64,000 nucleotides of DNA from Macrostomum lignano (taxonomy: Eukaryota), in NCBI GenBank assembly GCA_002269645.1, contig NIVC01000109.1, positions 372,001 to 436,000 of the forward strand, written 5' to 3'. The first letter of the stretch is position 1, and the number at the start of each line of letters is the position of its first letter. The notes under the pieces were generated by a model. That model saw only the letters and a list, made by a program, of their open reading frames with translations, was not told the origin of the DNA and searched no databases. A program made the position numbers and the translations under genes. This document shows, in pieces, positions 35,634-49,200 of the stretch.

Positions 35634-38600
35634 ATGCCATTGTTTAGTGCTGCACATGTGCACTGTGAATCGGCTAAGAAGGTAAGTCATTAACAGGTGC
35701 CCAATTGCTCAATTCTCCTTATTGAATTTTTAGCTGATTGTGTTTCTCAACTTCTCATATTTTAGTTCTCAACAAAGCGAGCAGATCGAGAAAACTTGGA
35801 GTATGTTTTTCAGAAGGTAATGTTGGGTCTTTGCAATATTTTTTATGATCTTTTCAATTCACATAGCTTGTCAGAATCTGCCCTCAGCTGTCCCTAAGAA
35901 TCTTGTCAGAATCTGCCCTCAGCTGTCCCTAAGGATCTTGTCAGAATCTGCCCCTGAGGATCTTGTCAGAATCTGCCCTCAGCTGTCCCTAAGGATATTG
36001 TCAGAATCTGCCCTCAGCTGTCCCTAAGAATCTTGTCAGAATCTGCCCTCAGCTGTCCCTAAGGATCTTGTCAGAATCTGCCCTCAGCTGTCCCTAAGGA
36101 TCTTGTCAGAATCTGCCCCTGAGGATCTTGTCAGAATCTGCCCTCAGCTGTCCCTAAGGATCTTGTCAGAATCTGCCCCTGAGGATCTTGTCAGAATCTG
36201 CCTTCAGCTGTCCCTCAAGAATCTTGTCAGAATCTGCCCTCAGCTGTCCATGAGAATCTTGTCAGAATCTGCCCTCAGCTGTCCATGAGAATCTTGTCAG
36301 AATCTGCCCTCAGCTGTCCCTGAGAATCTTGTCAGAATCTGCCCTCAGCTGTCGGTGAGAATCTTGTCAGAATCTGCCCTCAGCTGTCGGTGAGAATCTT
36401 GTCAGAATCTGCCCTCAGCTGTCGGTGAGAATCTTGTCAGAATCTGCCCTCAGCTGTCGGTGAGAATCTTGTCAGAATCTGCCCTCAGCTGTCCCTCAAG
36501 AATCGCATTAAGAATCGCCCTTTCTCATGCCTTACAGTTCGCCAGCGTGCACAAGAACGGCTCCCTGTACATGACCTATCCGGACTTCGTACAGAAGTTT
36601 CTCGGCCTCTACTGTTTCGAGAATGCCAATGAGGACACCGTCAAACAGCTAGGCACCATCGCAGACTACGACAAAGACGGCTTAATCAGCTTCGAAGAGT
36701 TCGAAACATTCGAAGGCTTGCTTTCCTTGCCCGATCACGCATACAGAATTGCATTCGATCTGTTCGATGTTAACGGCAATGGATACGTCTCTTTCTGTTA
36801 GTGTTTTGTTTGAGATTCGCATGCTTGCTGTCCGCCTCTTCCTCAGGTTGCTGTCTGCCCCTTCCTCAGGTTGCTGTCTGCCCCTACCTCAGGTTGCTGT
36901 CCGCCCCTACCTCAGGTTGCTGTCCGCCCCTACCTCAGGTTGCTGTCTGCCTCTTCCTCAGGTTGCTGTCTGCCCCTTCCTCAGGTCGCTGTCCGCCCCT
37001 TCCTCAGGTTGCTGTCTGCCCCTTCCTCAGGTTGCTGTCTGCCCCTTCCTCAGGTTGCTGTCTGACTCTTCCTCAGGTTGCTGTCTGCCCCTTCCTCAGA
37101 TTGCTGTCTGCCCCTTCCTCAGGTCGCTGTCTGCCCCTTCCTCAGGTCGCTGTCTGCCCCTTCCTCAGGTTGCTGTCCGCCCCTTCCTCAGGTTGCTGTC
37201 TGCCCCTTCCTCAGGTTGCTGTCTGCCCCTTCCTCAGGTTGCTGTCTGACTCTTCCTCAGGTTGCTGTCTGCCCCTTCCTCAGGTCGCTGTCTGCCTCTT
37301 CAAGTTGCTGTACGCCCTTACCTTAGATTGTCCCCTCTCTCCAGGTTACTTCCTGCTTTAACTAAAAATACTTGTAAGAAGTACATAAAACACGTTTTTA
37401 ACAAAAATACTTTCAGCCGAATTCAAATCGGTCATCACGGTCACCACGCTGCATCGGCAATATCCGTTTAATTTTGATTGCGATTTTATTGATTTGCACT
37501 TTGGAAAAGCTCGCGATCAGATTGTCAGTTATGAGGAGTTCACCCAGCTCATCCACGTGAGTATTTCTTATCGAGGCTATGTATATTTATAAAGTTACAA
37601 CAATATCCTTTAGCATTAGACTTAATGGACACAACGCGTACACTATCCAGGACTTTCACGAAGAGCACGCTTTGCAAGCTTTTCAACGCAGCGACAAACG
37701 CAACGAGGGCAAAATTCGCGCTATGGACCTTATCAACATTATGGTGCAGCTGAAATCCAATCTGCTGACTCCGTTCCTGCGCGACCATCTCATGCAGGTG
37801 AATTGAGATCTCTGGGGTTTGTTGCAACTTCTTAGTAACTTTTCTCCATCTTTCATCACTACATAATCCCATTAAACTCCCCAATGTACACTCCCCCTAT
37901 CCACCCTAATGTACACTCCCCTATTCACCCTAATGTACACTCCTCATATCCACCCCAATGTACATTACATTCCCTCCTATCCACCCCAATGTACATTCCC
38001 TCCTATCCACCCCAATTTACACTCCCCCTATCCACCTCAATGTACACATCCCCTATCCACCCCAATGTACACACCCATATCCACCCCAATGTACATTCCC
38101 TCCTATCCACCCCAATTTACACTCCCCCTATCCACCCCAATGTACACCCCTATCCACCCCAATGTACACAACCCTATCCACCTCAATGTACACTCACAAT
38201 ATCCACCCCAATGTACACCCATCTATTCACCTAATGTACACCCCCCTATTTACCCCAACGTACACTCCCCACGCCCTCCAGAATACATTCGGTCTCACAA
38301 AAACCCATATACACCCCATCCAACTACACCCAAGTCCTCACCCACCCCACAATCGTTTTAGGTGGTGTTCGGCGCTGAGCACGGCAGCCACATCAGCTTC
38401 TCCTATTTCAATGCGTTCATCTCGCTGCTCAACAACATGGAGCTATTGAAGAAACTTATCCAAGCCCGCACTGGCAACGATGTACACGCCGCGGTCACTC
38501 GCGAGGAGCTCACCAACGATGCCATGAGCTACAATCAGCTCACTCCGCTGGAGGTGGACATCCTGTTCCAACTCGCCAAGTTTCTTCGCGAAGACGACTG

Positions 38601-41600
38601 CATCTCCTACTACGACGTGAAGCGGATGGCGCCATTCGATGAGTACACCAGCAAGTACGCCCCGGACACCGCCGCCCGCCGGGTGCAGGACGCTGTGGAG
38701 ACCCGGGCTGAGGGCCGCGGCCGGACATTCCTGCTGTCCATACTGGAGCAGGTGTACCGCTTCTCGCTGGGCGCCATCGCGGGCGCCATCGGAGCCACGG
38801 CCGTGTATCCCATCGATCTGGTGAAGACCCGGATGCAAAACCAGCGCACCTCCACGGTTGGCGAGGTGCTGTACCGCAACTCCTGGGACTGCTTCAAGAA
38901 GGTCATCCGCTTCGAGGGCGTGTTCGGACTCTACCGAGGTGAGTGATGGGAGATCCTCCCTCATGGAGATCCTCAGTTGCTGGGCCAGCCTCCCAGATCC
39001 TCAGTTGCTGAGCCAGCCTCCCAGATCTTCAGTTGCTGAGCCAGCCTCCCAGAGTGTCAGTTGCTGGGCCAGCCTCTCATATTCCCAGTTGCTGGGCCAT
39101 GCAGCCCCCCAGATCCCCAGTTGCTGGGCCAGCCTCCCTGATCCCCAGTTGCTGGGCCAGCCTCCCAAATCCCCAGTAGCTGGGCCAGCCTCCCAGATCC
39201 CCAGTTGCTGGGCCAGCCTCCCAGATCCCCAGTTGCTGGGCCAGCCTCCCAGATCCCCAGTAGCTGGGCCAGTCTCAGCTAACCATAGATCTTTAATTAA
39301 ATATGTAATCTTCCTATATTTATCTACTAATTTTTGTGTGCTCGTGTTTCAGTTCCCAAATAATTTGCATGGTCTGTCCATCCTACTAACAGCAGTAGCC
39401 TTCACCGCTTCTCATCAAAACCCCTTTTTGCCCCCCAGGCCTGGTGCCTCAGCTGGTAGGCGTGGCGCCTGAGAAGGCCATCAAGCTGACCATGAACGAC
39501 TTGGTCAAGGATCAGTTCCGCGACAAGAAGACCGGCTTCATACCCCTGTGGGCGGAGATTCTTGCTGGCGGCTGCGCCGGCGGCTCCCAGGTGATTTTCA
39601 CCAACCCGCTCGAGATTGTGAAGATCCGGCTGCAGGTGGCGGGCGAGATCGCCACCGCACAGAGGGTCTCCGCGCTGCATGTGAGTTTCTGGCGTGGGCG
39701 GGTGAATTTGATTGACAGGTTGAGATGACTGGTCTCTGAGTTCGTGAATAGAAACTCCTTGGAAGGTTGCTCTACGTTATAGAAGATTCTTGGAGGAGTC
39801 ATACAGGCATAAGAGGAGTCATGCACAGGCATAAGAGGATTCATGCTCAGGCATAAGATGAGTCATGCACAGGGCATAAGATGAGTCATGCACAGGGCAT
39901 AAGATGAGCCATGCACAGGGCATAAGATGAGTCATGCACAGGGCATAAGATGAGTCATGCACAGGGCATAAGATGAGCCATGCACAGGGCATAAGATGAG
40001 TCATGCACAGGGCATAAGATGAGTCATGCACAGGGCATAAGATGAGCCATGCACAGGGCATAAGATGAGTCATGCACAGGCGTAAGATGAGTCATGCGCA
40101 GTCATAAAGGGACTCATTAACGGCCATAGAGAAGAAGGCTGATAAACAGGTGAGATATTAATAAACAAATGAATTATAATACCCGCTCTCCCCCAGGTGA
40201 TTCGCGACCTCGGCTTCTTCGGCTTGTACAAAGGCGCCAAGGCTTGCTTCCTGCGCGACATACCATTCTCGGCGATCTACTTCACCGCCTACAATCATCT
40301 GAAGATGCGATTCGCCGATAGCGAAGGCTACAATAATCCCGGCTCACTGCTGCTTGCCGCCACTCTGTCTGGCGCCCCAGCCGCCGGTCTGACAACGCCT
40401 GCGGATGTGATTAAGACTAGGCTGCAGGTGAGTAGCACTAGACTTTACACCTGGCGGCGGGTTACAGTTATTTGAGCTGTTTATTGTAGGCTTCAGGTAT
40501 CTCCCTAATTATCTAATTAATCATTTAATTATTTTCTACCTAGTCTCCCTAATTATCCACCCTGTTTCCTTAAATTACGTTGTCTCCTTAGTTATCTACC
40601 TTGTTTCTCTAATTATCTACCCTGTCTCCCTAATTATCTACCCTGTCTGCCTTATTATCTACCATGTCTCCTTAATTATCTACCTTGTCTCCCTAGTTAT
40701 CTACCTTGTCTCCTTAGTTATCTACCTTGTCTCCCTAGTTATCTACCCTTATCTCCCTAATTATCCACCCTGTCTCCCTAGTTATCTACCCTACCCTGTC
40801 TCCCTAATTATCTACCCTGTCATCTAACTATCTACCCTGTCTCCCTAATTATCTACCCTGTCTCCCTAATTATCTACCCTGTCTCCCTAATTATCTACCC
40901 TTGTCTCCCTAATTATCCACCCAGTCTCCCTAATTATCCACCCTGTCATCTAACTATCTACCCTGTCTCCCTAATTATCTACCCTTGTCTCTCTAATTAT
41001 CTACCCTGTCTCCCTAATTATGTACCCTTATCTCCCCAATTATCTAACCTGCCACCTAATTATCTACCCCGTCATCTGATTATCTACTCAGTCTCCCTAA
41101 TTATCCACCCTGTCATCTAACTATCTACCCTGTCTCCCTAATTATCTACCCTGTCTCCCTAATTAATTGTTCTATCTGTCTAATTGTCTACCCTCTTGTA
41201 ATGGTCCAATAGCAGCTTTTCATTCACGAGTGCATATATTGTTACAACTGCATCTCCCCCGGCAGGTGGTGGCCCGATCTGGCCAGACTACTTACACCGG
41301 CGTGTTCGACGCATTCGGCAAGATCCTTCGCGAGGAGGGACCCCGGGCCTTCTGGAAAGGCTCCATGGCCAGAGTGTTCCGTTCGAGTCCGCAGTTCGGC
41401 GTCACCCTCCTCACCTACGAGATGCTGCAACGGGCTTTCTATATTGACTTTGGCGGCAGGTGGGTCATTATCTTGCAGCCTCTGAATGCCCCAGACTCAT
41501 CCTCTATCACAATATACTAAATCTCTTAGATCCGACCGGTATTTCAGTCTAAAGCCTGAATGCCTGAAATTGAATCCTAAAATTTCCCCAACCAGTCCTA

Positions 41601-42071
41601 AATTTTCTCAAACCAGTCTCCTAAAATTTCCCAAACCAGTCCTAAAATTTCCCCAACCAGTCCTAAATTTTCTCAAACCAGTCTCCTAAAATTTCCCAAA
41701 CCAGTCCTAAAATTTCCCCAACCAGTCTGCTAAAATTTCCCCAATCAGTCTCCTAAAATTTCCCCAACCAGTCTCCTAAAATTCCCCGAACCAATCTCCA
41801 AAAATTTCCCCAAAACTTTCTTAAATTCATTTGAACCGCGGCCTTAAATTTCCCTACAAGTTTCCCACAAGAGGCTAACCTGCTCCCAATTTCACTCCGC
41901 AGCAAGCCATCTGGCTCGAACATTCTCAAGCGACCCGAGGAGGCCATGCCAACCAACCCGGATCACATTGGCGGTTACAAAATTGCCACCCTGTCGTTCG
42001 ATGAATTGGAGTCGCGATTCGGCCTGTGCCTGCCCAAGTACAAGATTGCCGCCGGGTCTGGCAGCGGCTGA
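35634..42071 (+). CDS. SLC25A12: Ca2+-binding mitochondrial aspartate/glutamate carrier (aralar/citrin type), 685 aa. Exons 35634-35681, 35766-35816, 36538-36796, 37417-37556, 37651-37797, 38362-38938, 39439-39680, 40197-40427, 41266-41459, 41903-42071
   Basis: EF hands ([23 protein letters not shown]), carrier motifs [25 protein letters not shown] and [11 protein letters not shown], and C-terminal NPDHIGGY. It is probably co-orthologous to SLC25A12 and SLC25A13. Confidence 0.95.
35868..36505. repeat. 35-bp minisatellite (agaatctgccctcagctgtccctaagaatcttgtc)
   Basis: Tandem units, intron 2. Confidence 0.9.
36825..37310. repeat. 23-bp minisatellite (cctcaggttgctgtctgcccctt)
   Basis: Tandem units, intron 3. 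Confidence 0.9.
37880..38300. repeat. About 24-bp minisatellite (tatccaccccaatgtacactcccc)
   Basis: Tandem units, intron 5. Confidence 0.88.
38965..39275. repeat. About 28-bp minisatellite (cccagttgctgggccagcctcccagatc)
   Basis: Tandem units, intron 6. Confidence 0.88.
39803..40090. repeat. 23-bp minisatellite (ataagatgagtcatgcacagggc)
   Basis: Tandem units, intron 7. Confidence 0.88.
40535..41190. repeat. 21-bp minisatellite (ctccctaattatctaccctgt)
   Basis: Tandem units, intron 8. Confidence 0.88.
41575..41815. repeat. About 22-bp minisatellite (aaaatttccccaaccagtctcct)
   Basis: Tandem units, intron 9. Confidence 0.82.
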
Positions 42072-42364
42072 GTGAACTGATGAGCGACTTCACTGCCGGG
42101 AGCTGCACGTCTGTCATATTTGACCTTTATTATGCAGATCGCCTTTTAAAATGGAATTTTATAATACTAATCTATATGTAGTAATACTAAAGAATGTGTA
42201 TTAGTTTCAGACTTTGATAAGAGTGTGAATTATCATTTATCCGTAGTTTAGTACGAGTATCTGTAGTTAAGTATTAGGCTTCAAAAATAATTCCTCCTTC
42301 CAAAAACTGGGGAATTCCCTCTTAAAAATATACCCTATTGGCAGGGAAAGGAAATTTCTTTTTG

Positions 42365-43090
42365 TCGCAGAATACCCCTATCGCTAGGGAATTTCGTTCT
42401 GTCGGAAAATACCCCTATCGCTAGGAAATTCCGTTCTATCGGAGAACACCCCTAGCGCTAGGGAATTCCGTTCTATCGGAGAACACCCCATCGCTTGGGA
42501 ATCCCGTTCTGTCGGAGAATACCCCTATCGCTAGGGAATTTCGTTCTGTCGGAAAATACCCCATCGCTTGGGAATTCCGTTCTGTCGGAGAATACCCCAT
42601 CGCTTGGGAATTCCGTTCTGTCGGAGAATACCCCTATCGCTAGGAAATTCCGTTCTATCGGAGAACACCCCTAGCGCTAGGGAATTCCGTTCTGTCGGAG
42701 AATACCCCATCGCTTGGGAATTCCGTTCTGTCAGAGAATAACCCTATCGCTAGGGAATTCCGTTCTATCGGAGAACACCCCTTTCGCTAGGGAATTCCGT
42801 TCTATCGGAGAACACCCCTATCGCTAGGAAATTCCATTCTATCGGAGAACACCCCTAGCGCTAGGGAATTCCGTTCTGTCGGAGAATATCCCATCGCTTG
42901 GGTATTCAGTTCTGTCGGAGAATACCCCATCGTCAGGGAATTCCGTTCTGTCGGAGAATGCCCCATCGTTAGGGAATTCCGTTCTTTCGGAGAATACCCC
43001 ATCGCTTGGGAATTCCGTTCTTTCGGAGAATACCCAATCGTTAGGGAATTCCGTTCTGTCGGAGAATACCCCATCCGTAGGGAATTCCAT
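42365..43090. repeat. About 36-38-bp minisatellite containing GGGAATTCC in most units
   Basis: Unit resembles gctagggaattccgttctgtcggagaataccccatc. Confidence 0.9.
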
Positions 43091-43734
43091 TTTTAATGGC
43101 TTTTATATGGCTTCTATATAGTGGCTTCTATATTCCTATTGGAATCTATGCAAACCTTTTTATAGTAGGGCTTGGAGCGCTTCTGTTTGCAATCATACAT
43201 AAGATTGATTAATCATATTTTCTTTACATAAACATTTTGGCTAATGTATTTTAAACAATTTCTCGCTCAATGACCAGACCAGACAGAAGTCAGATCATTA
43301 TAGTATTATTGGTAGAATATTTCATTCAAAATAAATGACAAAATTTAAAACTTGTTCTTCAAAGTGTGGCCTCCGAACTGCTCCTGCCTTATCATTGGTT
43401 TGCTAGTTGCTAGAACACTCTTAGCACATGCACTCAATTTAGCAACTTTAAATATTACTATAATTACTACTTGTTAGTAGACATTTCATTTGGACGCAGA
43501 ACCAACTTCATAACTTGTGGCATGTTAGTCTGCAACAATTCGTTTTCTTAATTTTTCTGCTGCTTCTCCTGTCTGCCTGTCCTTATGGTAGGATAGCAAA
43601 ATAGAAATCTAAAAAACAGACCTTGTCCCCCATTTTTTGTGTTTATTGCCACTTTTTGACTTAAAAAATGCGCTTTGCCTGCACTGCTTTTGTTAATGGT
43701 AGATTGGTAGTTTGATAAACTGAGGACATTGTCT

Positions 43735-44410
43735 CATTTTGCGTAAATTGAGGTGCCATTTTGAATTCAATTAAGATGCCATTTTGCGTAAATTGAGGTG
43801 CCATTTTGCGTAAATTGAGGTGCCATTTTGAATTCAATTAAGATGCCATTTTGGGTAAATTGAGGTGCCATTGTGCGTAAATTGAGGTGCCATTGTGCGT
43901 AAATTGAGGTGCCATTTTGAATTCAATTAAGATGCCATTTTGCGTAAATTGAGGTGCCATTTGAATTCAATTAGGGTGCCATTTTGCGTAAATTGAGGTG
44001 CCATTTGAATTCAATTAAGGTGCCATTTTGCGTAAATTGAGGTGCCATTTGAATTCAATTAGGGTGCCATTTTGCGTAAATTGAGGTGCCATTTTGAATT
44101 CAATTAGTGGGCCGTTTTGCGTAAATTGAGGTGCCATTTTGAATTCAATTAGTGGGCCGTTTTGCGTAAATTGAGGTGCCATTTTGAATTCAGTTCGAGT
44201 GCCATTTTGCGTAAATTGAGCTGCCATTTTTAATTCGATTAGTGGGCCGTTTTGCGTAAATTGAGTTGCCATTTGAATTCAATTAGGGTGCCATTTTGCG
44301 TAAATTGAGCTGCCATTTGAATTCAATTAGGGTGCCATTTTGCGTAAATTGAGTTGCCATTTGAATTCAATTAGGGTGCCATTTTGCGTAAATTGAGGTG
44401 CCATTTTGAA
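43735..44410. repeat. About 45-bp composite minisatellite (gccattttgcgtaaattgaggt / gccattttgaattcaattag)
   Basis: Tandem units. Confidence 0.88.
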
Positions 44411-45074
44411 TATGAAATTTTGAATACAATATTCTTCACTGAACCATCATTACAGCAGTAGCAACAACGCTTAGAATAATGCACTACTCATTTTTCGAAT
44501 TTTTGTTTTCTAGTATAAATAGAAATAGATAAAGAAAGAGTCTAGAATTATTTATAATTTGGTAAAAAAAGTTGTAGTAACACATACTTTTGTGCTTGAG
44601 TATGTAATTTTGCTGACGCGTAAAAGATACGGTTGTCATGGAAGCGTTTAGGCGCAAAGATCCTCGACAATTGGTTCAATTATTATTAGAATATTTTTGC
44701 CTAGGGTGCTGTCCCAGTTTGTAGTAACATTGGCTTGCTATATGCGTTCACCAAGTTTTTTTTTGAGTTTTGTGTGCCCGTGCGAGTTACGGTACTTTTC
44801 TTTAGTTTACAGCAGCTGGTGCAGCGCCGCATTCAGTGCACTGACTAGCTTCTAAAAGTACTGAGGCACAACTTCTATATTAGTGGTAATTTTTTCTGCT
44901 AAGACAAGCAAGCACCTTTAGTTTTTTTGCCGAAAAATATATAAATCTTTACCATATACACTTAGCAGGTTTTCTCTATTAATACAGTCCAACATCTGAA
45001 CTGAAGTTTTGGCGTGCGTGTTCATTGTTCGTTTTTAATTATCATGCAGGTCATTGATTATAGAGTTCTCAGAC

Positions 45075-46135
45075 TCTGTCCCGTCTCTCTGCCCCTCTAC
45101 CCCTGCCCCTCTGTCCCTCTACCCCTGCCCCTCTATCCCTCTGTCCCTCTACCCCTCCCCTTCTATCCCTCTGTCCCTCTACCCCCTGCCCTTCTATCCC
45201 TCTGTCCCTCTACCCCCTGCCCTTCTATCCCTCTGTCCCTCTACCCCCTGCCCTTCTATCCCTCTGTCCCTCTACCTCCTGCCCTTCTATCCCTCTGTCC
45301 GTCTACCCCTCCCCCTCTATCCCTCTGTCCCTCTACCCCTCCCCTTCTATCCCTCTGTCCCTCTACCCCTGCCCCTCTATCCCTCTGTCCCTCTACCCCC
45401 TGCCCTTCTATCCCTCTGTCCCTCTACCCCTGCCCTTCTATCCCTCTGTCCCTCTACCCCTGCCCTTCTATCCCTCTGTCCCTCTACCCCTGCCCTTCTA
45501 TCCCTCTGTCCCTCTACCCCCTGCCCTTCCATCCCTCTGTCCCTCTACCTCCTGCCCTTCTATCCCTCTATCCCTCTACCCCCTGCCCTTCTATCCCTCT
45601 GTCCCCCTACCTCCTGCCCTTTTCTCCTGCCCCTCTACCCCTCCCCTTCTATCCCTCTGTCCCTCTACCCCTGCCCCTCTATCCCTCTGTCCCTCTACCC
45701 CCTGCCCTTCTATCCCTCTGTCCCTCTACCCCTGCCCTTCTATCCCTCTGTCCCTCTACCCCTGCCCTTCTATCCCTCTGTCCCTCTACCCCCTGCCCTT
45801 CCATCCCTCTGTCCCTCTACCTCCTGCCCTTCTATCCCTCTATCCCTCTACCCCCTGCCCTTCTATCCCTCTGTCCCCCTACCTCCTGCCCTTTTCTCCT
45901 GCCCCTCTACCCCTCCCCTTCTACCCCTCTGTCCCTCTACCCCTGCCCCTCTATCCCTCTGTCCCTCTACCCCTCCCCTTCTATCCCTCTGTCCCTCTAC
46001 CCCTGCCCCTCTATCCCTCTGTCCCTCTACCCCTCCCCTTCTATCCCTCTGTCCCTCTACCCCTGCCCCTCTATCCCTCTGTCCCTCTACCCCTGCCCCT
46101 CTATCCCTCTGTCCCTCTACCCCTGCCCCTCTATC
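45075..46135. repeat. About 30-bp pyrimidine-rich satellite (ccctctgtccctctaccccctgcccttctat)
   Basis: Tandem units upstream of the NNT ATG exon. Confidence 0.92.
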
Positions 46136-46286
46136 TTAGCCTATTCATCCCCTTTTGTTATGTCTTTCTATTAGAAAAGCCCCCTCACAATTCTAACCTA
46201 TTTAGCTCATTAATTGCAATCTCGATGTCCATCTTTACCATTATAAATGGCAAACGGCACAACCCGCAGGTCAGTGGCCAGCAGCA

Positions 46287-49200
46287 ATGTTGTCTCTACT
46301 CAAACCCGACGCCGCTGTTCGAGCCAGCGCGCTCACCTTTCGCCTGCTGACAACGTCTGCGCCTTTGCATCGGCCGCCCGCCGCCGCTGCCGACGCCGCT
46401 CCGCAGGCAGCCGCCGAGCCGGTCCGCGGTATCGCCTACAGCCAGCTGACCATCGGCGTGCCCAAGGAGTCCTGGCAGAATGAGCGCCGGGTGGCGCTGA
46501 GCCCCGCCGCTGTCCAGGTGGGGAGTTGCCGCAGGTTTTATTAGCTCTGCGTTGATCTGCGATATTCTTCTATACAGTTTTCTAGGAATCGCCCGTGAAT
46601 ATTGTGCTCGTAATAATCACATTCTAGGGGTGTTAGAACCCCTTCGAAATCTCCATAATGATAATAATTGATTACACCTGCCCTAATGGCCAGATGTGCA
46701 ACAGACAGCTCAGCTGCAGCTATTGCGGCTGTGCAGTCCATGGAGACATGGACACACCATCAATTACCCCAGCTAACGCGGGCACCCATTTTTCAGCTGG
46801 GTGAACTAAAGTAATGCAGAGTTAAGTGTCTTGCTCAAGGACACAAATTGTTCGAGTTGGTTAATAATCTTGATAATTGTTCTTCAATAACATTCAACAG
46901 TGTATTGAGAACCGGTTTTTAAAGGCTTGCTGAGAACCAGCCTTCAAAACTTCATTAAGAGCCGGCCTTCAAAAGTTTATTGATAACCGGCCTTCAAAAC
47001 TTTATTAAAAATCGGCCTTCAAAACTTCATTAGGAACTGGCCGTTAAAAGTTTATTGAGAACCGGCCTTCAAAAGCTTATTGAGAACCGGCCCTCAAAAC
47101 TCCATTAAGAACCTGCCATAAAAACTCCATTAAGAACCTGCCATAAAAACTCCATTAAGAACCTGCCATAAAAACTCCATTAAGAACCGGCCTTCAAAAC
47201 TTCATAAAAAACCGGCCTTCAAAACTCCATTAAGAACCTGCCATAAAAACTCCATTAAGAACCTGCCATAAAAACTCCATTAAAAACCGGCCTTCAAAAC
47301 TCCATTAAGAACCTGCCATAAAAACTCCATTAAGAACCGGCCCTCAAAACTCCATTAAGAACCGGCCATAAAAACTCCATTAAGAACCGGCCTTCAAAAC
47401 TTCATAAAAAACCGGCCTTCAAAACTCCATTAAGAACCGGCCTTCAAAACTTCATAAAAAACCGGCCTTCAAAACTCCATCAAGAACCTGCCATAAAAAC
47501 TCCATTAAGAACCGGCTATCAAAACTTCATAAAAAACCGGCCTTCAAAACTTCATAAAAAACCGGCCTTCAAAACTCCATCAAGAACCTGCCATAAAAAC
47601 TCCATTAAGAACCGGCTATCAAAACTTCATAAAAAACCGGTCTTCAAAACTCCATTAAGAACCGGCCATAAAAACTCCATTAAGAACCGGCCTTCAAAAC
47701 TCCATCAAGAACCTGCCATAAAAACTCCATTAAGAACCGGCTATCAAAACTTCATAAAAAACCGGTCTTCAAAACTCCATTAAGAACCGGCCATAAAAAC
47801 TCCATTAAGAACCGGCCTTCAAAACTCCATTAAGAACCTGCCATAAAAACTCCATTAAGAACCGGCCTTCAAAACTCCATTAAGAACCTGCCATAAAAAC
47901 TCCATTAAGAACCGGCCTTCAAAACTTCATAAAAAACCGGCCTTCAAAACTCCATTAAGAACCGGCCTTCAAAACTTCATAAAAAACCGGCCTTCAAAAC
48001 TCCATCAAGAACCTGCCATAAAAACTCCATTAAGAACCGGCTATCAAAACTTCATAAAAAACGGCCTTCAAAACTCCATTAAGAACCTGCCATAAAAACT
48101 CCATTAAGAACCGGCCTTCAAAACTCCATTAAGAACCTGCCATAAAAACTCCATTAAGAACCGGCCTTCAAAACTTCATAAAAAACCGGCCTTCAAAACT
48201 CCATTAAGAACCGGCCTTCAAAACTCCATTAAGAATCGGCCATAAAAACTCCATTAAGAACCTGCCATAAAAACTCCATTAAGAACCGGCCTTCAAAACT
48301 CCATTAAGAACCTGCCATAAAAACTCCATCAAGAACCGGCCTTCAAAACTCCATTAAGAACTGGCCTTCAAAACTTCATCAAGAACCGGCCTACAAAACT
48401 TCATTAAAAATCGGCCTTCAAAAGTTTATTGAGAACCGGAATTCTAAAGTTTATTGAGAATCGATCTTAAGAGCATATTCAAAATCACTCTAGCAGTCGC
48501 CGTTTAACCAGCGTTATCTTAATGCTTGTTATGACCTAAAGTGCATCTCAGTCCTTAAAAAGTTGCTTCTTGACCCCTGCCCGCCAGCTGCTGTCTAAAA
48601 AAGGCTTTCGCATCAACGTGGAGAAAGGCGCCGGAGTTGGCGCCGAATTTCTCGACGGCGACTTTCAACAGAACGGCGCCAGCATCGTCGACCAGATGGC
48701 CGCTTTCCAATCGGACATTGTGCTGAAGGTTAGGGCTCCGTCAACCTCGGAGGTCGACTTGCTGAAGCCCGGCAACACTCTGGTTTCGTTTCTGTACCCG
48801 GCGCAGAATACCGACCTGATCAAGGCGCTGCAGACCAAAGGCGGCAACGTCATCGCCATGGACTGCGTGCCCAGGATCTCCCGAGCCCAGGTGTTCGACG
48901 CCCTGTCCTCCATGGCCAACATTGCCGGTGAGAGCTGTGCGGATTATATTGGCCCCAATTCTACTTGAGAATCGCCCCCAATTCTACCTGAGATTCGCCT
49001 CCAAACCTACCTGAGAATCGCCCCCAATTCTACCTGAGAGTCGCCTCCAAACCTACCCGAAAATCGCCCCCAATTCTACCTGAGAATCGACCCAATTCTA
49101 CCTGAGAATCGACCCAATTCTACCTGAGAATCGCCCCAATTCTACCTGAGAATCGCCCCCAATTCTACCTGAGAATCGCCCCCAATTCTACCTGAGAATC

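Noticed and set aside
45014-46174. 386-aa and 361-aa Pro/Leu/Ser-rich ORFs
   Set aside because: A pyrimidine-rich satellite cannot easily encode stops, so the ORFs are an artefact. The same holds for the repeat ORFs at 36749-37361, 37884-38449, 49492-50166 and 50561-51077.
42071-46287. Aralar-NNT operon
   Set aside because: The gap is 4.2 kb with a promoter-like CpG-containing patch at about 44600-45030, so independent NNT transcription is more likely.
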